Part shown: positions 1 through 9,678 of the stretch, in pieces
Layout of the letters: each line of letters starts with the position of its first letter
Numbering within the stretch: the stretch's first letter is position 1
Source: a virus
DNA length: 64,000 bases
Direction: 5' to 3' (one strand)
Virus record (IMG/VR): IMGVR_UViG_3300025133_006890
Span: 20,035-84,034 of that record
Program-made: the position numbers and the translations under genes
The notes under the pieces: model-generated
Databases searched by the model: none
Seen by the model: the letters and a program-made list of their open reading frames with translations, nothing else
Told to the model about the DNA's origin: nothing

Positions 1-2
1 CT

Positions 3-590
3 ATCGATGTCCTTGGATATTGGATTGATTTAGACTTTTGGCAGCCAGCAGACAAAGCTAATGCCCGAAAGGAAATTGGAATCCCATCCGACAGTTACAT
101 TATTGGTTCATTCCAGCGAGACACGGAAGGTCATGATTTGAAGAGCCCAAAGCTGGAAAAGGGGCCAGATTTATTTGTAGACTACGTGAAGAGAAATAAG
201 AGGGAGAATATGTATGTTCTCCTTGGCGGCTGGCGAAGACAATATGTTAGGAGAGAACTGGAGAAAGCTAATATCAGTTACATATTGATGGAACAGGTTG
301 CCCGATCAAAACTTAGAATGATGTATGCAGCTTGTGATTTATATATTGTGTCATCTAGGCATGAGGGCGGACCACAAGCCGCACTTGAAGCTCCAGCGAT
401 GAAAGTCCCGATTGTTTCAACCAATGTCGGGATTGTATCTGAAGTTTTGCCGGATAATTGTATAGTTGATATTACTAAAAGCGAATACATTCCAACAGAA
501 GAAGATGTTTTAGAAGCATATGATAACGTACAAAAGTACAATTTAGTTGACCATGTTCAAAAATATGGTATGATGTTCTGGAGGGTTTAA
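3..590 (+). CDS. GT4 (GT-B) glycosyltransferase, 5'-truncated by window edge
   Basis: Frame open from base 3; C-terminal GT4 signature SRHEGGPQAALEA...PIVSTNVG. Confidence 0.85.
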   Translation: MDVLGYWIDLDFWQPADKANARKEIGIPSDSYIIGSFQRDTEGHDLKSPKLEKGPDLFVDYVKRNKRENMYVLLGGWRRQYVRRELEKANISYILMEQVARSKLRMMYAACDLYIVSSRHEGGPQAALEAPAMKVPIVSTNVGIVSEVLPDNCIVDITKSEYIPTEEDVLEAYDNVQKYNLVDHVQKYGMMFWRV

Positions 591-1562
591 ATGAGAGCAT
601 TAATAACAGGTATTAACGGAATGGACGGCAGCCACCTTGCCGACTTCTTACTTAAGAAGGGATACGAAGTATATGGTTTGGAGAGGCGCTCGTCGTCCAA
701 AAACCGAATCAATACCAGCCACTTAGAAGGCAAGATTGAGTTCCTGACTGGAGATTTGACAGATCAGAATTCTCTAGTACGCGCCTTAAAAACTTCAAAT
801 CCAACAGAAGTATATAACCTTGGAGCCCAATCGTTTGTTAAAGAGAGTTGGAATACACCGGAACAAACGTCGGATGTTACTGGTCTTGGAGTTCTTAGAA
901 TCCTTGAAGCCATTAGAGAATATAATAAGGATATCAAATTCTACCAAGCCAGTTCCTCTGAAATGTTTGGCAGAATGACTGAAAACCCAGCATCTGAAAC
1001 AACTCCATTTTACCCAAGAAGTCCATATGGAGTTTCGAAACTATATGGTCACTGGATTACGAAGAACTACAGAGAGTCATACGGTATGTATGCTTGTTCT
1101 GGGATTCTTTTTAACCATGAATCCGAGCGACGGGGCATTGAGTTTGTTACAAGGAAGATCACGGATGGTGTAGCAAAGATCCACTTTGGGTTAGCTGACT
1201 ACATTACGCTTGGGAATCTTGAATCGTATCGAGATTGGGGATACGCACCAGACTATGTTGAGGCAATGTGGCTAATGCTCCAACAAGATAAAGCTGATGA
1301 TTTTGTCATTGCCACAGGAGAAACACATTCAATTCGTGAATTCCTGCAAGAAGCATTTGCTTATGTAGGCATCGCCAATTGGAAGAAACATATCAAACAA
1401 GATCCTAGATTTATGCGTCCCGCTGAAGTAGATGTCTTGTGCGGTAACGCAAACAAAGCGAAGGTGTTGTTGGAGTGGGAACCAAAAGTTCCGTTTGATG
1501 GTTTGGTCAGTCGTATGATGACTAGTGATATAGGGATAGTAGGGAAACTTAATGGATTTTAA
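591..1562 (+). CDS. gmd: GDP-mannose 4,6-dehydratase
   Basis: ALITGINGMDGSHL, AQSFV, QASSSEMFG, SPYGVSK, GILFNHESERRG.EFVTRKI, RPAEVD.L.G motifs. Confidence 0.95.
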   Translation: MRALITGINGMDGSHLADFLLKKGYEVYGLERRSSSKNRINTSHLEGKIEFLTGDLTDQNSLVRALKTSNPTEVYNLGAQSFVKESWNTPEQTSDVTGLGVLRILEAIREYNKDIKFYQASSSEMFGRMTENPASETTPFYPRSPYGVSKLYGHWITKNYRESYGMYACSGILFNHESERRGIEFVTRKITDGVAKIHFGLADYITLGNLESYRDWGYAPDYVEAMWLMLQQDKADDFVIATGETHSIREFLQEAFAYVGIANWKKHIKQDPRFMRPAEVDVLCGNANKAKVLLEWEPKVPFDGLVSRMMTSDIGIVGKLNGF

Positions 1563-2310
1563 TTTAAAGAGAGATAAAAGAGTAACAGCAATTAAAACTG
1601 TCGGCATCAAAGAGAAACTTGAAGATCTTGGCGTTCAACTTGATCGCGATATCGTGCTTGGAGACTTTGACACCATTGGTGAGTATACTGCAAAAAGGTC
1701 GCGCAGCCGTGGAACTGATTTATATAAGTCAGTCGGGTGTTTTTATAGGCCAAATTATGAACGTGGTATCTTAATTTATAGTTTGATTAAGAAATACAAT
1801 ATTAAATCATTTTTGGAAATTGGTTTTGGTAGAGGCTATGCTACGTTCTGTGCCGCACACGCCATGATGGAGGCTGACATCGATGGCCGCATCGTCACTG
1901 TTGACCCTGCAATCGATGAAGAACAATTGAAAATGTTAGGCAGCGTGTTCCCAAAAGAGTGGTTTGATAAGATTGAGTTTATCAAGAATCGGTCTGACGC
2001 TGTTCTTCCGAGGATAGAAGAATCGTTTGATATGGTTTATATCGACGGCGACCACTCATATGCTGGCACCAAGTCGGATTGGGAGGGCACCAAAGATAAG
2101 TTCAACAAGTGTTTACTGTTCGATGATTATCATATGCCGTCAAAAGATCACCACGACATCGATTGTGCTAAAGTAATTGATGAGATCGACGACCCTAGTA
2201 AGGAATTGATTATCATGGACCGCAGGATCTTCCTAGACGACAGGGATTATCCAGACGAGAAGGTTGATTATGGACAAGTTCTGTTAACAAAATATGAAAA
2301 TCTGCATTAA
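1552..2310 (+). CDS. Class I SAM-dependent methyltransferase (Methyltransf_24-like)
   Basis: LEIGFGRG motif I; FDMVYIDGDHSY; LLFDDY. Confidence 0.85.
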   Translation: MDFNLKRDKRVTAIKTVGIKEKLEDLGVQLDRDIVLGDFDTIGEYTAKRSRSRGTDLYKSVGCFYRPNYERGILIYSLIKKYNIKSFLEIGFGRGYATFCAAHAMMEADIDGRIVTVDPAIDEEQLKMLGSVFPKEWFDKIEFIKNRSDAVLPRIEESFDMVYIDGDHSYAGTKSDWEGTKDKFNKCLLFDDYHMPSKDHHDIDCAKVIDEIDDPSKELIIMDRRIFLDDRDYPDEKVDYGQVLLTKYENLH

Positions 2311-3178
2311 TAGAAAACCAGTAGAAGGCCCCTGGGGCGGCGGCAATAAGTTTATTAAAGCTTATTGCAATGCCCTACGCAAAGCAGGCCATGAGGTATA
2401 TCATAGTTTGGTTCCAAACCTAGATGTAATCCACCTTCAGGATCCACGACTAGACCAACTTGGCATTTCAATGAATGATGTCTTTCATTATAAAAAATAT
2501 TATCCAAATGTGAGAATAGTTCACAGAGTGAATGAGTGTGACGCCAGAAAAGGTACACAGGGCATGGACAAACAACTTCAACTGTGTAGCGCATTCACCG
2601 ATATAACTGTGTTTGTTTCAGACTGGATTGCTGATTATTTTCAGAAAAGCTGGTCGTGCGACAAGCGGACGGTTATAAAGAACGGCGTTGATTTAGATGT
2701 ATTCCGTCCAAATGAAAAATATCATAATGGCAAAGTTAACATTGTTGCCCATCATTGGTCAAACAATTTTTTGAAAGGCTTTGATATTTATAATAAGCTT
2801 GATGATTGGATTTGGGAGAATAGAGGTGAGTACACATTTACATACATTGGTCGCGACCAAGGCACATTCTGCAACACTAGAGTTATTAAACCAATTCACG
2901 GTACGGTACTTGGAGATGAATTGGGAAAATATGATGTATATGTGTCTGCAAGTAGATTCGATCCTGGCCCAAATCATATTTTAGAAGCTCTGGCTTGTAA
3001 ATTACCAACATATTCATTTATCGACGGTGGTGGCGCTTGTGAGTTTACTGGAAAAGACCACATTTATGATAGTTTTGACCAGTTGGCTGAGATTCTAAAA
3101 AAGAAGAAGTTTAACAAGAATAAATCCTCTTTAATATCTTGGGACGAGTGTGTTAAACAATATATGGACTTGATATGA
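2294..3178 (+). CDS. GT4-like glycosyltransferase
   Basis: N-terminal GPWGGG; VIKNGVD..F.P; SRFDPGPNHILEALAC.LP. Confidence 0.85.
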   Translation: MKICINRKPVEGPWGGGNKFIKAYCNALRKAGHEVYHSLVPNLDVIHLQDPRLDQLGISMNDVFHYKKYYPNVRIVHRVNECDARKGTQGMDKQLQLCSAFTDITVFVSDWIADYFQKSWSCDKRTVIKNGVDLDVFRPNEKYHNGKVNIVAHHWSNNFLKGFDIYNKLDDWIWENRGEYTFTYIGRDQGTFCNTRVIKPIHGTVLGDELGKYDVYVSASRFDPGPNHILEALACKLPTYSFIDGGGACEFTGKDHIYDSFDQLAEILKKKKFNKNKSSLISWDECVKQYMDLI

Positions 3179-4551
3179 TTGGATTGTTATGCTTTGATTT
3201 GGATGGGGTTCTGGTTGATGCTAGAGATATGCACTATGAGGCTTTGAATAGAGCCCTTGAATCGATAGATAAGTCGTATGTTATTAGTATGGAAGAGCAC
3301 CTGTCGACATACGATGGCCTACCAACAAGCAAGAAGTGCCAACTGTTAACACAATACAAGGGCTTACCCGAAGATGAGTACGAGTATGTTTGGCGCCGCA
3401 AACAACATGAGACTAGAAACCTTATATTAGAGATGGGATACGATAACCGTATGCGCCTTGTTTTGGAAAGGCTCAAAGACTTGGGATATAAAATTTGTGT
3501 TGCATCTAACTCTATTAGGGAGTCGCTTAAAATGATGCTCCTAAAAAAGGGTTTGTTAGAATATGTTGATTTTTATGTTTCTAACCAAGATGTTAAGAAT
3601 CCAAAGCCCAATCCTGAAATGTATTTTCAATGTATGATCAAGGCCGAAGTGAGCGCCAAAGAGACTTTGATTATTGAAGACTCTCATATCGGCCGCGCCG
3701 CAGCAATAAGCTCTGGTGCCCATTTGTGTGCGGTTGAAGACCCAGAAGCTGTGACATTTGATAGGATTAAGTCAGCAATAGAAGAGGTGAACAAGGTGGC
3801 AAAAATTAAGCCAAAGTGGCAAGGAAAAGATATGAATGTTCTCATTCCAATGGCCGGCGCCGGAACTAGGTTTGTTCAAGCTGGATACACATTTCCAAAG
3901 CCACTAATTGAAGTCGCCGGAAAGCCCATGATTCAATTGGTTGTTGAAAATCTCAATTTGGATGCTAAGCATATTTTCATCGTGCAGAAAAGTCATTATG
4001 AAAAGTATAATCTCAAATATCTTCTTAATTTGATTGCCCCAAACTGTGAGATTGTGCAAGTAGATGGAGTTACAGAAGGCGCCGCCTGTACGACATTGTT
4101 GGCAAAAGAATATATCGATAACGACAAGCAATTGGTCATTGCAAACTCTGACCAATTTGTAGAGTGGGACAGCAATGAGTTTATGTACTCAATGGTCGGC
4201 GACAACATTGACGGCGGCATCCTAACATTCAAGGCGACCCACCCAAAGTGGAGCTTTGCAAGACTTAATGAAGACGGCTATGTTGCCGAGGTCGCAGAGA
4301 AGAAACCCATCTCAGACACCGCTACGGTGGGCATTTATTTTTATGATAAGGGCTCTGATTATGTGAAGTATGCCGAGCAAATGATTGAAAAAAACGTTCG
4401 GACAAACAACGAGTTTTATGTTTGTCCTGTATTTAACGAAGCCATTGGCGACGGAAAGAAGATTAAAATCTTCAACATAGAGAAGATGTGGGGCATTGGT
4501 GATCCGGAAGGTTTGCGAAGGTTCGTAGAAAATTATAATGGAGATATATAA
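3175..4551 (+). CDS. HAD phosphatase fused to sugar-phosphate nucleotidyltransferase
   Basis: N: FDLDGVL, KPNP, IEDS..G; C: LIPMAGAGTRF...PKPLI, IANSD, EKKPIS..ATVGIY. Confidence 0.9.
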   Translation: MIGLLCFDLDGVLVDARDMHYEALNRALESIDKSYVISMEEHLSTYDGLPTSKKCQLLTQYKGLPEDEYEYVWRRKQHETRNLILEMGYDNRMRLVLERLKDLGYKICVASNSIRESLKMMLLKKGLLEYVDFYVSNQDVKNPKPNPEMYFQCMIKAEVSAKETLIIEDSHIGRAAAISSGAHLCAVEDPEAVTFDRIKSAIEEVNKVAKIKPKWQGKDMNVLIPMAGAGTRFVQAGYTFPKPLIEVAGKPMIQLVVENLNLDAKHIFIVQKSHYEKYNLKYLLNLIAPNCEIVQVDGVTEGAACTTLLAKEYIDNDKQLVIANSDQFVEWDSNEFMYSMVGDNIDGGILTFKATHPKWSFARLNEDGYVAEVAEKKPISDTATVGIYFYDKGSDYVKYAEQMIEKNVRTNNEFYVCPVFNEAIGDGKKIKIFNIEKMWGIGDPEGLRRFVENYNGDI

Positions 4552-4919
4552 TGAAAGTAGTTAATAAGCCGTGGGGCAGAGAAATTTGGATTGAGCTGAA
4601 CGATAAGTATTGTCTTAAGAAGCTTTATATCAACGCCGGTTATAGGACATCATATCAATTTCACAAAGAGAAACGTGAGACCGTTTATGTCCTAGATGGA
4701 GAAGCTGTTGTTTTTCTAGAAAACAACGCAGGCGAAATCAAACGCCATGAGTTGGCTACTGGAGATTACTTTAGCGTCCCGCCGAAGATAAAGCATCGCA
4801 TTGTCGCAACGACAAATCTAACTTTGATGGAAGCTTCAACGCCCGAAGTCGACGATGTGGTCCGAATCGAGGATGATTCAAACAGGACTAATGGAAGAAT
4901 CGCCAGCGAACATGAGTAA
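4551..4919 (+). CDS. Cupin, mannose-6-phosphate isomerase type II C-terminal-like
   Basis: KPWG.E, S.QFH..K.E..YV..G, P...H, E.STPE.DDV.R.ED. Confidence 0.8.
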   Translation: MKVVNKPWGREIWIELNDKYCLKKLYINAGYRTSYQFHKEKRETVYVLDGEAVVFLENNAGEIKRHELATGDYFSVPPKIKHRIVATTNLTLMEASTPEVDDVVRIEDDSNRTNGRIASEHE

Positions 4920-4925
4920 CGAGTT

Positions 4926-5756
4926 TTGGAATCTTTTTGTTTCAAAGGGAATTCAGGATGTAAGATTGAAGTCTTACAAGGGAAGGCTTCTGTTGTAGTT
5001 CGGAAGCATTCTTCCGGAGCAGATTATAATTCAAGGCTAGCCGTACAAGCAACCAAACAGGCGCGACTTTTATCCGCACTATCATCATCAGATTTTATAG
5101 CTCCAAAAGTATTGTCGATTGGAGAAGACTATTTTGACATGGATTTTTTCCATGGTAAGGATATGATTTCTCACTTTAGTTCTTGTGGTAAAGATTCTAT
5201 TGTTAATTTTTGTAAGATTATACTTGACTTTATTAATGTTGAAATTCAAAACTCTAGTTTAGAGTTATTTCATAAGTGCGCGTTTTTAGACAAGTTTTAT
5301 AAGCTCAAGCCCGCTCTAGAGTCTGTCGATGCAGCGCGTATCGAGAGCTATTTCAATAACTTACCAACGATCATGATCCCACACGGCATGTGTCATGGAG
5401 ATTTAACCTTATCAAACATGCTTGTCAACAAATTAGAAGATCAAATTTGTTTAATTGATTTTCTTGACACTTTCTATGAAACTCCACTGCAAGATGTTGT
5501 AAAGTTAAGGCAGGATACAAAATACATGTGGTCTATGTTATTCTATAATCACGAGCACGACTCCACCAGATACAAAATTGTCATGGCATATATCGATGAA
5601 CAACTAGAGAAACATATCTCAGACCAAAAATGGTATCAAACATATTATCGACCCTTCCAAATGATGAACTTTTTAAGAATAGTGCCATATTCATCTGGAA
5701 AGAAGAGGGATTTTGTTATTAGACAAATAGGAACCATGGTGAACGAATGGACTTAA
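4926..5756 (+). CDS. APH/choline-kinase-like phosphotransferase
   Basis: CHGDLTLSNML catalytic loop and LIDF; TTG start. Confidence 0.8.
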   Translation: MESFCFKGNSGCKIEVLQGKASVVVRKHSSGADYNSRLAVQATKQARLLSALSSSDFIAPKVLSIGEDYFDMDFFHGKDMISHFSSCGKDSIVNFCKIILDFINVEIQNSSLELFHKCAFLDKFYKLKPALESVDAARIESYFNNLPTIMIPHGMCHGDLTLSNMLVNKLEDQICLIDFLDTFYETPLQDVVKLRQDTKYMWSMLFYNHEHDSTRYKIVMAYIDEQLEKHISDQKWYQTYYRPFQMMNFLRIVPYSSGKKRDFVIRQIGTMVNEWT

Positions 5757-6802
5757 TAATTGCTGCTGCTGGCAAATCGTCAAGATTTCCCAATACTCGA
5801 CCGAAATGGCTGTTGACACACCCTCGCGGAGATTTAATGGTCACTGCGTCTATCAGGGGCCTTCCTGTGAATGAGTTCGAAATGATTCATTTGGTTGTCT
5901 TAAAAGAGCACTTGGAAAAGTATCAATGTGAGGGCGGGATAAAAGATGCCTTTGATATGATGGGTATCCGCGACAAACTAAACTTGGTCGTGTTGGATGA
6001 GCCAACTAGAAATCAGCCGGAAACGGTTAGCGCCTGCCTTCAAAAGACTCAACGTCAAACCTCTTTCTTTATCAAAGATGCGGATAACTATTTTGAATCT
6101 AATTTTATTGAACCAAATTCAATTTCGACATATAATCTCATGAACATGAATAGCGTTAATGCGAGTAACAAGAGTTACGTTGAAAAGAACGAGAAAGGGC
6201 TAGTCACTAATATCATTGAAAAGCAGGTTATTTCGTCAGAATTCTGTTGCGGAGGTTATTCATTCGCTTCCCCAGAGCAGTTTCTAAAAAACTTTAATGA
6301 GATTAAGCATCACGACAATCTTTATTTATCTCATGTCATATTTCAAATGATTTTGAATGGAGTTTCGTTTACCACAATGCCGGTTCGTGAATACTCTGAC
6401 TGGGGAACGCAGACAGATTGGAATGAATACAAGTCTAAGTTTGGAACTTATTTTATAGATATTGATGGGTTGCTGGTAGAGAACTCTGGACGATTCTTTG
6501 AACCATTTTGGGGAACGACCGAAGCTATTCAAGAGAATGTTGATCTCATTAATAAACTTTATTATTCTGGTAAATCTCAAATTATATTAACCACATCGAG
6601 AAGTCATAACCATTCTATTCCCACTGTTAATCAGTTGAAGAGAATTGGCATGCAATACCATCAGATTGTATATGATTTGATGCACTGCAAGAGAACCATC
6701 ATAAACGACTATGCTGCGACCAACGCTTATCCCTCATGCGCCGCAATCAACATTAATAGAGATAGTCGCACAGAATTGACAACTAAACTAGCTGGAGTTT
6801 GA
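5747..6802 (+). CDS. Nucleotidyltransferase fused to C-terminal HAD-like phosphatase
   Basis: N: IIAAAGKSSRF...PKWLL, IIEK, DWGT; C: FIDIDG, LTTSR, IIND. Confidence 0.8.
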   Translation: MDLIIAAAGKSSRFPNTRPKWLLTHPRGDLMVTASIRGLPVNEFEMIHLVVLKEHLEKYQCEGGIKDAFDMMGIRDKLNLVVLDEPTRNQPETVSACLQKTQRQTSFFIKDADNYFESNFIEPNSISTYNLMNMNSVNASNKSYVEKNEKGLVTNIIEKQVISSEFCCGGYSFASPEQFLKNFNEIKHHDNLYLSHVIFQMILNGVSFTTMPVREYSDWGTQTDWNEYKSKFGTYFIDIDGLLVENSGRFFEPFWGTTEAIQENVDLINKLYYSGKSQIILTTSRSHNHSIPTVNQLKRIGMQYHQIVYDLMHCKRTIINDYAATNAYPSCAAININRDSRTELTTKLAGV

Positions 6803-6803
6803 A

Positions 6804-7589
6804 ATGAAAATTGGAGTAGCAATATCTGTATACAATAAAGGACACTTTGTGGCCACCAACATGCACATATTTGATGAGCTGTGGGTAGATAAACCCTATG
6901 TTTCGGTTTGTTGTAACGATTTTGGAACGTTTAAAAAGCTCAAGGGATTGAACCTTGACTCTCTTGTCTTGGGAAGAGATTTACCATATGCTACCAAGCC
7001 ACAATTAAGGTTGAGACAACATGATTGTATAAGAACATCTATTCTAGCAGCCGCCCCACATTGTGACTACATCATTCATTGGCACGCCGATGCATTTGCC
7101 CTAGATCAAAATGAAGTAGAGAAACTCATCGGACACATGGAGAAAAATCACTGTCACTTTGCCGCAAGGGGTTTGTGGAAGTCTTATCGAGATGTCAAAA
7201 TTCCAGATGGGGATTTAGATGATCACTTTTTCATTATTAAATCAGATCAGGCGCTATTAGTATTCGGAGAAGGCAGAGAGGCTCCATATAACAACTATGT
7301 TGAGTCGCTATCTGCTGCCGGATTGTGTTCGGAAGGTATATTATCAAACGTGGTTCAACGTGTTATACCACAAGATAGAATCCATATCTATTCGGATATG
7401 GGAGAGTGCGAAGTTCTACCAAGCAACCGAGTAGATAGAAGATATTCTGATGGAATTGCTCACAGGACTTTGCCACCTGTAAACTTTGACAAAGAAAGAA
7501 AGTTTTTACATTGTGATGATTTGCAGGAACTTGTTAAAATATTTAAAGAACAGAACATCAACACTGATTATATCGTAGGAGAATTATAA
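6804..7589 (+). CDS. Putative GT-A fold glycosyltransferase
   Basis: GT2-like N-terminus (IGVAISVYNK), WHADA at the DxD position, cluster context. Confidence 0.5.
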   Translation: MKIGVAISVYNKGHFVATNMHIFDELWVDKPYVSVCCNDFGTFKKLKGLNLDSLVLGRDLPYATKPQLRLRQHDCIRTSILAAAPHCDYIIHWHADAFALDQNEVEKLIGHMEKNHCHFAARGLWKSYRDVKIPDGDLDDHFFIIKSDQALLVFGEGREAPYNNYVESLSAAGLCSEGILSNVVQRVIPQDRIHIYSDMGECEVLPSNRVDRRYSDGIAHRTLPPVNFDKERKFLHCDDLQELVKIFKEQNINTDYIVGEL

Positions 7590-8278
7590 TGTCATTTAAT
7601 AGAGGATTAGCGCAGAGCATGTTTGGCGTCGGTACAGAAAAGGAATTGCGCGATAAGTTGTATGGGCGATGGAGTGATTTAACACCAGCTGAAAATGGTT
7701 GTATTTTAAGAAGATTAAGCGAATTTGATGAACCAAAATATTGCGAGATTGGTGTTTATTTCGGGGGCAATTTCTTTAATGTCAGCGAGTTCCTGAAATC
7801 ATCAAAAGAGAATTATTATATGTATGGGATTGATCTCTTTGAGAATCTTATTACAGAAACACAAGAGTCTCAAACTCACGACTTGTTCAACAAATGGAAC
7901 ATGTTAAATACTTCCGTTCACGGGGAACTAACAGAGGCTTTACGCAACTTTGGTTCTGAGAAGTTCTCCCTGCTGAAGGGTTATTCCCACAGAATAGCGG
8001 CACACCTTCCAGAAAAGTGTGACGTATTCTTCATTGACGGAAACCACACATACGAGCAGACAATGTTGGACGCACTGGCGTGTTCCAAGCGGGCCTCCGG
8101 TGGAAGTTACTTGATTTTCCACAATGCTTCTGATAACATTAAACCTGATCCGGAATATGTTGAAGAGGATGGAGGGCCACATCGTGTCGTCGAAGATCTC
8201 TGCAAGGATGATAAATTTGAATTCGTTGAGCGCATCGAGCGTTGCGCGGTTGTGAGGGTGAGGGATGAACAACATTGA
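7589..8278 (+). CDS. Class I SAM-dependent methyltransferase (Methyltransf_24-like)
   Basis: CEIGVYFGG; DVFFIDGNHTYE; LIFHN. Confidence 0.85.
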   Translation: MSFNRGLAQSMFGVGTEKELRDKLYGRWSDLTPAENGCILRRLSEFDEPKYCEIGVYFGGNFFNVSEFLKSSKENYYMYGIDLFENLITETQESQTHDLFNKWNMLNTSVHGELTEALRNFGSEKFSLLKGYSHRIAAHLPEKCDVFFIDGNHTYEQTMLDALACSKRASGGSYLIFHNASDNIKPDPEYVEEDGGPHRVVEDLCKDDKFEFVERIERCAVVRVRDEQH

Positions 8279-9062
8279 GGTTACGATGCACATTACGTCG
8301 TTTAACAGACCAAAACGACTCAAAGCTTGTGTAGAATCATTCTTTTCCACATGCCTATACGACATGTCAAAGTTGGAACTGATTATAGTGGACAACGGTT
8401 CAACAGATACACAAGTCACAGATTACATTAAAGCCCTCAGTCCGCCCTGCGCTAAGTATTCATTCATATTGAATGAAAGGAATGACTATCCAAGCTGTCT
8501 GCGGTTTGCAAAGATTCAGGCTCGTAAGGAGGCAGCTGGCAAGTTTTTTATTGACTGCCCCGATGACCATATTTTTGTGGTTCAATCAGATTGGATTGGG
8601 GATAGCATTGCGAATCTTCACCAAGACAATACAATCGGGTGCGTTATCCACTTTGCCCAGCCACAATATCGATATGCCAAGTTGAACAACAAGATGATGC
8701 TACAGCCCACTGGACTATTTCGATCAATTTACAAGGGATACGCTGACTATCACGTAATGAAGCGGGCCGTTTATGAGCGTCTTGGAGAATATGAATACAA
8801 ACTTGGGCGTAAAGCCGAGGGCGAGTATATGGATCGGGCTTTGAGTTGCGGGTATTATAGAAATATAATGAGATTGCCCGTCGCCTTGATAAACGACGAC
8901 GGATATTCTTTTTCAAAATCAATAAGTATGGAAGATTTGGCTAGAGTTTTTGAAAAGCAAGAACATCCCGTAACAAATGAGCAGTTGATTTCATTAGCAG
9001 TTCAGATGAATCTAATTTCTATGGAGAATGATGACAAACCCTCTGATCACTTATCACGTTAA
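8265..9062 (+). CDS. GT2 glycosyltransferase
   Basis: ITSFNR, LIIVDNGSTD, DCPDD. Confidence 0.85.
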   Translation: MNNIEVTMHITSFNRPKRLKACVESFFSTCLYDMSKLELIIVDNGSTDTQVTDYIKALSPPCAKYSFILNERNDYPSCLRFAKIQARKEAAGKFFIDCPDDHIFVVQSDWIGDSIANLHQDNTIGCVIHFAQPQYRYAKLNNKMMLQPTGLFRSIYKGYADYHVMKRAVYERLGEYEYKLGRKAEGEYMDRALSCGYYRNIMRLPVALINDDGYSFSKSISMEDLARVFEKQEHPVTNEQLISLAVQMNLISMENDDKPSDHLSR

Positions 9063-9678
9063 TACGTTTAATAATCTTTTCTTTATTAAAAACTTGGTCA
9101 TGAGCTTCAAAGAGTGTAATGTCTACGACAATTACGAGTGGATTATTACAGATCACGGCTCTGAAGACTACACAAAAGATTTTTTAGATGAACTGTCTTT
9201 AAGCGATTCGGTAACTTTAATGACTAAACCAGAGTCTGCTAAACGAGAAAGGCTGACAGACTTTAAAGGAGACTATCTCATTGAACTTACAGAGTTTTGT
9301 CAATTTATAAGAAAAGGTGATTGGGTATCTGAATACATTAGGCTGCAACAATCTGCCAAAGAGAGCATTATTCCTGTTTATTATGGTGAGCCACTGCTAG
9401 TTGTTGGCAATTCAAACGATTGGGGAAATTATAGCACAGACTATTATGTTCACAAAAACAACGAAGTGTTTGGTTCCACAATGATATTTTTCAAATATCC
9501 GTTTGTTGTTTGTTTCCCCTCTACGTGGTCGATGCGATTAGGGATGATGATGCGACATTATTCATGTGATCAAACCGCTGTGCCGATTTTTGAAGAAGGC
9601 GAGTTACAGAGCAAATTTGCTGATTTGGAAAGGCCGGTCAGTTCTGACGAGATGATATTGATAAAGGGTATTAGATGA
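9028..9678 (+). CDS. Divergent GT2-like protein, paralog of the upstream gene
   Basis: VNTFN, WIITDHGSED; acidic DxD site not evident. Confidence 0.55.
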   Translation: MMTNPLITYHVNTFNNLFFIKNLVMSFKECNVYDNYEWIITDHGSEDYTKDFLDELSLSDSVTLMTKPESAKRERLTDFKGDYLIELTEFCQFIRKGDWVSEYIRLQQSAKESIIPVYYGEPLLVVGNSNDWGNYSTDYYVHKNNEVFGSTMIFFKYPFVVCFPSTWSMRLGMMMRHYSCDQTAVPIFEEGELQSKFADLERPVSSDEMILIKGIR

